Below, one piece after another: positions 48,537 to 53,966 of a stretch of 53,966 nucleotides of DNA. Source of the DNA: Candidatus Omnitrophota bacterium (GTDB taxonomy: Bacteria; Omnitrophota; Gorgyraeia; Zapsychrales; Fredricksoniimonadaceae). The DNA is taken from the NCBI GenBank assembly GCA_903959815.1, contig CAJBYM010000002.1, positions 1 to 53,966 on the forward strand, given 5' to 3'. The notes beneath the pieces are model-generated. The model saw only the letters and a list, made by a program, of their open reading frames with translations, searched no databases and was not told where the DNA came from. Each line of letters starts with the position of its first letter. The stretch's first letter is position 1. A program made the position numbers and the translations under genes.

Positions 48537-49793
48537 GTGAATTCAGCTCGTTTCTTGACAGCCACGATTGTTCTGATGGCTATGATTGTTTTTGTTCCTC
48601 TTGCTGATGCGGCTAAATCTCTGCAGGGCGCACCACTCCCATCTGCGCACGAAAAGTATCTTGCTTATTTTGAAGAAGTTTATAAGGTGATGCAGGATAA
48701 TTATTTCTTTGATGTTCGGCGCTCTGATTTTGAGCGTTTTCTTCAGGTTTTTGATGAAAAGATCTATCCTGCCATTCTTCTTGAAAAGAAAAGCAATGAT
48801 TATGTCCGATGGCGCAGTGCGGCTTATCTCGTTGAGATGTTAAAACAGCCGGATGATCTTTTTTCGCGTTACTGGCCGCCTAAGCCTGCTGAGAAATTCG
48901 TGAAAGAGGTTTATGGCAAGAAGGTTGATCTGGGCATTGTGGGGCATCTGATCGACAAAGGTTATGTGGTTGATTTCATTGAGCCCCGGTCTGATGCGCA
49001 TGAGAAAGGTTTGAGGGATAATGATCTGGTTGTTCGTATTGATGGAGCGGATGTACTGGGGATGGGAGAAGGTAAGATCCAGGATAAGCTTAATCCTTTA
49101 GAAGGCACAAAAGTTTTGATCGATTATTTTTCAGGAACAACGCGCACACCGGGTGTCGTTGAAGCCGTTAGCCGTGAATATTTCAAGCAGGGCGTTTTCA
49201 TTAAATCGACGGGCATTCCGGATATTTATTGTTTGGACCTGCAGAAATTCAATCAGGGAACGCCTGAAGATTTCGCGCGTCTTTTAGGTGTTCTTCAGTC
49301 TCAGAATCCCAAGGGGCTTATCATTGATCTGCGTGGGAATCCTGGTGGGCCGCCTTTGGCCGCACGCGCGATCTCCGCGTTCTTTTTACCCAATGGGGAG
49401 CAGCTTGTTTATTTTGAAGGGCGTAAACGGCCTAAAGCTGAGCTTGATATCCCCGTTCTTCCGTCGCACTATCACATTGATTGGCCGATCGCTGTTCTTG
49501 TAGATAAAGGTACGGGTAGCGCGGCTGAACTTTTTTCTGGAGTTCTTCAGGACAGGAAGCGTGCGATTGTTTTTGGTGAAGATACAGCCGGGCAGGTTCT
49601 TTTAAAGAGCATGTATGACCTGTCCGACGGATCTACGCTGGCCCTGGTTAATGCCCGCGGGCATTTTCCAGACGGAAGGCCTTTTCCTTTTGACGGTGTT
49701 CATCCGAATGAATATTTTCCGCAGGACCAGAAAGAGAATATGGTGGGTTTGGCTGCAAAATATCTTTATTTGAAAGGACAGGGCAAGATCTGA
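48537..49793 (+). CDS. S41 (CtpA-like) peptidase with PDZ domain
   Basis: Signal peptide, PDZ-like region, 'IIDLRGNPGG', 'VLVD.GTGSAAE', 'GV.P'. Confidence 0.85.
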   Translation: MNSARFLTATIVLMAMIVFVPLADAAKSLQGAPLPSAHEKYLAYFEEVYKVMQDNYFFDVRRSDFERFLQVFDEKIYPAILLEKKSNDYVRWRSAAYLVEMLKQPDDLFSRYWPPKPAEKFVKEVYGKKVDLGIVGHLIDKGYVVDFIEPRSDAHEKGLRDNDLVVRIDGADVLGMGEGKIQDKLNPLEGTKVLIDYFSGTTRTPGVVEAVSREYFKQGVFIKSTGIPDIYCLDLQKFNQGTPEDFARLLGVLQSQNPKGLIIDLRGNPGGPPLAARAISAFFLPNGEQLVYFEGRKRPKAELDIPVLPSHYHIDWPIAVLVDKGTGSAAELFSGVLQDRKRAIVFGEDTAGQVLLKSMYDLSDGSTLALVNARGHFPDGRPFPFDGVHPNEYFPQDQKENMVGLAAKYLYLKGQGKI

Positions 49794-49796
49794 GTT

Positions 49797-50186
49797 ATGG
49801 ATGGACTCACGCGCGTGTTCACAGATGGAAATGTTCTCATGAAGATCGTGTTCTTGCAGGTCGCTGTGGCGGTCTTTATTATTTTCGTTCTGAAAAAACT
49901 TTTGGAGCGTGAGCTTTTTATGTCCATGCTGGAGAAGGTGGCGCATCTTCCGACGCTTCAGGGTGAATGTGTTGATGATATTGTGGTGGTGGCTGGAGGG
50001 AAACTTACGGGAGATGAAGAGTTCCGTTTAAGGATGACGATGAAGGAAAAATTCCCACAGGCCGACGTCACTGTTGGCGAAGATCGCTCGTTGTGGGGTG
50101 GTGTTGTGCTGCGTGCGGGTGATCATGTCTTTGATTTTAGTTTGCGTACGAAAATCGGCCAACTGCTTAAATTTTCCAACACATGA
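49797..50186 (+). CDS. TM-anchored ATP synthase delta/OSCP C-terminal-like protein
   Basis: N-terminal TM then 'EDRSLWGGVVLRAGDHVFDFSLRTKI'. Confidence 0.6.
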   Translation: MDGLTRVFTDGNVLMKIVFLQVAVAVFIIFVLKKLLERELFMSMLEKVAHLPTLQGECVDDIVVVAGGKLTGDEEFRLRMTMKEKFPQADVTVGEDRSLWGGVVLRAGDHVFDFSLRTKIGQLLKFSNT

Positions 50187-50908
50187 CCCTTAAGACCCTT
50201 GTTATTATTCCTGCATTCAATGAATCTGCTGCGATCGAAGAGACTGTGCGTGAAGTCCGTGGTGTGTGCGTGCACGGCTTTGCCATTGATGTTCTCGTTG
50301 TTGATGATGGTTCTGGGGATGATACAGCACGACGGGCTCAAGCGCTTGGTGTTCGGGTGGTGCGCTTGCCTTTTAATGTGGGCATCGGCGCTGCGGTACA
50401 AACAGGCTATCGTTACGCGGTTGCTCATGGTTATGATATTGCTGTTCAAGTTGATGGTGATGGACAACACGATGCATTGTATTTGAAAGATGTGATCATG
50501 CCGGTTGCTGATGGCCGCGTTGATATGTGCATTGGCAGTAGATTCTTAACGGAAACAGAAGGATTTCGTTCTTCCGCGCTACGACGTTTCGGGATCCGCT
50601 TTTTTTCTTTTCTTATTCGTCTTTTGACCGGCTTGACCATTAAAGATACAACATCAGGATTTCGTGCTTGTGGACGGCGGCTTATGAGAGTGTTCGCTTT
50701 CTATTATCCGCATGATTATCCCGAGCCTGAGGCGATTGTTGTGGCCCGTCGCCTGGGTTGTTCTGTTGTTGAAGTGCCTGTTGTCATGCGCTCGCGAGCA
50801 ACAGGGGCTAGTTCCATTGCGTTCTTGAAGCCTCTTTATTATATGCTGAAAGTTTCGGGGGCCATTCTTCTTCATACCCTTAAACACAGAAAGGTCTATG
50901 AGTCATGA
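50183..50908 (+). CDS. GT2 glycosyltransferase (polyprenol-phosphate sugar synthase-like)
   Basis: 'IIPAFNE', 'VVDDGS.D', 'DGDGQH', 'GSRF', 'D.TSGFRA'. Confidence 0.92.
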   Translation: MTLKTLVIIPAFNESAAIEETVREVRGVCVHGFAIDVLVVDDGSGDDTARRAQALGVRVVRLPFNVGIGAAVQTGYRYAVAHGYDIAVQVDGDGQHDALYLKDVIMPVADGRVDMCIGSRFLTETEGFRSSALRRFGIRFFSFLIRLLTGLTIKDTTSGFRACGRRLMRVFAFYYPHDYPEPEAIVVARRLGCSVVEVPVVMRSRATGASSIAFLKPLYYMLKVSGAILLHTLKHRKVYES

Positions 50909-51261
50909 CGATCCAATGGCTTGCGATCATCCTTTCCATCATTGTTTTTGTTTTTGTCATTGAACTTGTGCGTCGTGAACGATTAACGTTCAAGTATGCT
51001 TTTGCCTGGCTTTTCTTTGCTGGTTTGGGTGTTCTCGCGTCTGTCTTTAAAGAACAGCTATTTACCTTGTCACGCTGGTTCGGTTTTGAGCTGCCGAGCA
51101 ACTTTATATTTTTTGGACTTCTGTGTGCCTTTGTGTTCTTAAGTCTTCTGTTGACAGTATTTTTGTGCCAGCAAAATAAGCGTAATGATCGTATGGCGCA
51201 GACATTAGGGCTATTGGAATTGGAGCTTACAAAGCTGAAGGAGAAGGTTGATGGCCGTTGA
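50905..51261 (+). CDS. DUF2304 family membrane protein
   Basis: Three TM segments, 'LVRRERL..KY...W', 'GFE.PSN', coiled tail; typical partner of the preceding GT2. Confidence 0.82.
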   Translation: MTIQWLAIILSIIVFVFVIELVRRERLTFKYAFAWLFFAGLGVLASVFKEQLFTLSRWFGFELPSNFIFFGLLCAFVFLSLLLTVFLCQQNKRNDRMAQTLGLLELELTKLKEKVDGR

Positions 51262-52228
51262 TCGGGGCGTGAGCGTTGTCATTCCAGCGTATAACGCCGA
51301 AGATACCATCGCAGCTGCGATCGAGTCGGTGTTGGCGCAAGATTATGCACACCCTGTTGAACTTGTGGTGGTGGATGATGGATCGACGGACGCAACAGCA
51401 GATATTGTGCGACGCTATCCAGCTGTTGTGTATATCCACCAGGAGAATGCAGGGCCGGCGAGTGCCCGTAATCATGGGGCGCGGGTTTCTAAAGGATCGA
51501 CCTTGTTTTTTACAGATTCGGATTGTTGTCCGGAGCGTTCCTGGATTTCTAAAATGATGCAAGGGTTTGCCCAAGAAGGTGTTATGGTTGTTGCGGGAAG
51601 TTATGGCATTGCGAATGTGGCATCGCGTTTGGCGCGTGTTATTCATGAGGAGATCATTTTTCGTCATCGGGTCCTTATGCCTGAATTTCCCAAGGCTTTT
51701 GGCAGTTATAACGTTGCGATTCGTCGTGAAGTTTTTGAGGCTGTTGGAGGATTTAATGCACAGTATCGCAGGGCCAGTGGTGAGGATAATGATCTTAGCT
51801 ATAAGATCATTGCCCGTGGAGAAAGGATCTTTTTTCAAAGAGATGCGTGTGTTGATCATTACCATCAAGAATCGTTGCCACGTTATCTCAAAGAGCAGTT
51901 CCGTCATGGGGTTTGGCGTCTAAGGATATATGTTGATCATCCCGGGATGATGGCTGGTGATGGGTATACGTTCTGGAAAGACATGATAGAGATCCCCGTT
52001 GTTGCGGCGCATCTTTTAATATTCTTTTGGCCGATCCCCGCTTTGATGCTGTTGTTGCTTTTTTTGCTTTTTGAAATAGTATTTTGCGGCATCATGATGG
52101 GTGCGCGCAGGGATATCTTCTTTGCGGGCTATGTTTTATGGCTACGATCATTCATGCGAACGGCTGGTTTTTTTAGTGGTTTTTTTATTCTTTTAAAAGA
52201 TAGATTATCTGGTGTTAAAAAAATCTAA
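51251..52228 (+). CDS. GT2 glycosyltransferase with C-terminal TM
   Basis: 'VSVVIPAYN', 'VVDDGSTD', 'N.GPA.ARN.G', 'FTDSD', 'GED.DL'. Confidence 0.92.
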   Translation: MAVDRGVSVVIPAYNAEDTIAAAIESVLAQDYAHPVELVVVDDGSTDATADIVRRYPAVVYIHQENAGPASARNHGARVSKGSTLFFTDSDCCPERSWISKMMQGFAQEGVMVVAGSYGIANVASRLARVIHEEIIFRHRVLMPEFPKAFGSYNVAIRREVFEAVGGFNAQYRRASGEDNDLSYKIIARGERIFFQRDACVDHYHQESLPRYLKEQFRHGVWRLRIYVDHPGMMAGDGYTFWKDMIEIPVVAAHLLIFFWPIPALMLLLLFLLFEIVFCGIMMGARRDIFFAGYVLWLRSFMRTAGFFSGFFILLKDRLSGVKKI

Positions 52229-52235
52229 AAAAAAC

Positions 52236-52263
52236 TTGCGAGCCACTTCTCCTATGTTAATAT
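52236..52263 (+). promoter_or_regulatory. Putative sigma70 promoter for the secretin locus
   Basis: TTGCGA, 16 bp spacer, TAATAT with TGn extension; A-tract upstream. Confidence 0.45.
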
Positions 52264-52324
52264 GAAACTGTCTCAAAAGATAAAAGTCTACTTCTGACAA
52301 CAATTTAAAATTAAAATACCGACG

Positions 52325-52933
52325 ATGGTAAAAAAAGAAACCGCTGAAGAAAAGTTACTTAAGATCATTGAGGCCACGAAAAAGGCCAAGGGTCTTTCTT
52401 CGGCAGCCGTTGCGGCGCCCGCAGCTGCAAAAATTTCTCAGCCGCGCATTTCCATTTCACTTCAACAGCTCAACATTGTTCTTATAGCTGCTCTTATCGC
52501 GGGTTTTTTATTTCTGGTCAATGAGATTCGTAGCGGAAATGTGCTACTCAGTGAAGATGTCAGCATTGCGATTGATGTGGCAGCACCCAAGAATGCCGAG
52601 AGCGTCGCAGTACCGCAGATGAAGAATATATCGTATTACCTCGACAAGATCACGTTGCGCAATATCTTTCAGCCGTATGATAAGAAAGCGGCAGAACAGA
52701 GCGGCGCGTCGGGTGCGGCGAGTTTGCAGGCTAAGATGTCGAAATACAAGCTGGTTGGTGTGGCATGGCTTGATGTGCCTGAATCAGCGACAGTGATGAT
52801 TGAAGATGTCGCCAAGCGCGAGACCCGTTTCTTGAGAGAGGGAGATAAAATTGAAGATGTGAAAGTGAAGACGATCTATACGGATAGAGTGGTCTTCAGT
52901 TACGCAAACGAGGAGATAACAATCAAGCTATGA
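52325..52933 (+). CDS. GspC/PilP-like T2SS/T4P assembly protein
   Basis: Single TM, 'RNIFQP', HR-like domain 'YKLVGV...ATVMIED......L.EGD.I..V.VK.I..DRV'; directly upstream of secretin. Confidence 0.7.
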   Translation: MVKKETAEEKLLKIIEATKKAKGLSSAAVAAPAAAKISQPRISISLQQLNIVLIAALIAGFLFLVNEIRSGNVLLSEDVSIAIDVAAPKNAESVAVPQMKNISYYLDKITLRNIFQPYDKKAAEQSGASGAASLQAKMSKYKLVGVAWLDVPESATVMIEDVAKRETRFLREGDKIEDVKVKTIYTDRVVFSYANEEITIKL

Positions 52934-53966
52934 TAAACCACACACTTTCCCCCCGGAAGATTGCTGTGACGTTGTTTGCTGGACTGCTCGCGACAGTTGC
53001 TTTTGTCGGTTTGCGGTCTGCGGTTGCGCAAGAGGCAGAAACCCCTAAGCCTCTTATTATTTCGCAGCCTAAAGAAACGTTAGATGAGCGTTTGAACCGC
53101 AAGATCGCCTTGGATGTCCGCGATATGAACATCGTGGATGTTCTTAAGTTTCTGGCGATGAAGGGTGAGTTCAATGTGGTCATCAGTCCTTCTGTCGACG
53201 GAAGAACAACGGTGTTGCTGGATAATGTGGCGATCAAGGATGCGATGGATATCGTCGTTATCTCAAGCCGTTTGGCCTACAGCATTCAAAACAATATCAT
53301 CCAGGTTATGACGGCAGCTGAGTATGAGGCTATGTTCGGAAAACAATTTAGTGATAAGACGGTTGTGGCGACACTGCGTTTGCAGTATGCCAAACCCAGC
53401 TATGTTTTGGCGGCACTCGATAACGTTAAAAGCAATGTGGGCAAAATAATCATAGATGAAGATACGGGTGCGGTTGTTTTGATCGATACGCCTCAATCTA
53501 TAGAGAAGATGAAGAAGATCATTGCTGAGATTGAACAACCTTTGGAAACGGTTGTTTATAATCTTCAGTATGCTCGTGCGGATGTTGTCGCGGACAAGTT
53601 GCGTTCTAAGATCGATGCAAAGTCCGTGGGGTCGATCACGGCTGATGAGCGCTCCAATCAACTCATGGTGCGTGTGTTCCCTGGTCGAAAAGATGAAGTA
53701 GAAAAGATCATCCGTCACTTGGATGAGCCGACTAAAGAAGTTCTTATTGAAGCGCGCATTCTCCAGGTTATCTTCAAACCCAGCTATGATGCAGGGATTG
53801 ATTGGGCTATCGCCAGTAGTGATAAGACCAATCCAAATGTGCAATTTAAGAATTTGTACATGGACACTGCCAACATGAACACATCTGATAATTTGAGTGC
53901 TACATTTGGGCAAATTGCAGTTGGCAACATTGATTTTGATAAATTCGCAGTTAACATTCGTGCCAA
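52930..53966 (+). CDS. Secretin (PilQ/GspD family), 3'-truncated; absent from the ORF track
   Basis: ATG 52930, open to window end: signal peptide, 'IALDVRDMNIVDVLKFLA', 'LQYAKP', 'LQYARA', 'ADERSNQL', 'LDEPTKEVLIEARI'. Confidence 0.92.
   Translation, partial: MINHTLSPRKIAVTLFAGLLATVAFVGLRSAVAQEAETPKPLIISQPKETLDERLNRKIALDVRDMNIVDVLKFLAMKGEFNVVISPSVDGRTTVLLDNVAIKDAMDIVVISSRLAYSIQNNIIQVMTAAEYEAMFGKQFSDKTVVATLRLQYAKPSYVLAALDNVKSNVGKIIIDEDTGAVVLIDTPQSIEKMKKIIAEIEQPLETVVYNLQYARADVVADKLRSKIDAKSVGSITADERSNQLMVRVFPGRKDEVEKIIRHLDEPTKEVLIEARILQVIFKPSYDAGIDWAIASSDKTNPNVQFKNLYMDTANMNTSDNLSATFGQIAVGNIDFDKFAVNIRA

Noticed and set aside
53263-53913. 216-aa minus-strand ORF
   Set aside because: Shadow of the + strand secretin

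Overview
Gene-dense bacterial chromosomal window, almost entirely + strand. Gene style and protein families suggest Candidatus Omnitrophota/PVC-like origin (inference). Housekeeping genes include dnaE (3' part), HU/IHF, hisS, a GAD-less aspS, phoH, an HD phosphohydrolase, ybeY, recO, HPF, rsmE, gcvT/H/PA/PB and a lipoate ligase. These flank two unusual accessory systems. (i) A 1014-aa secreted modular protein with an apparent constant-N/variable-cargo/constant-C layout. Its middle carries an internal signal-like segment and lytic-transglycosylase-like motifs, and it lies tail-to-tail with an archaeal-type Hel308 helicase. (ii) A ~19.5 kb cell-envelope cluster: a 3383-aa repeat adhesin/DUF11/very large beta-barrel protein with a helical tail, a 2205-aa TPR-like/coiled-coil rod with ~19 repeats, an AsmA protein and a membrane-anchored coiled coil. 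Also present: a GH161-like phosphorylase, an S41 protease with an apparent Lys/Gln catalytic swap, an orphan TM-anchored ATP synthase delta-like domain, several glycosyltransferases, two REP-like palindromes, a palindrome-rich intergenic cluster, and the start of a T2SS/T4P secretin locus. No rRNA, tRNA, CRISPR array or transposase was seen.
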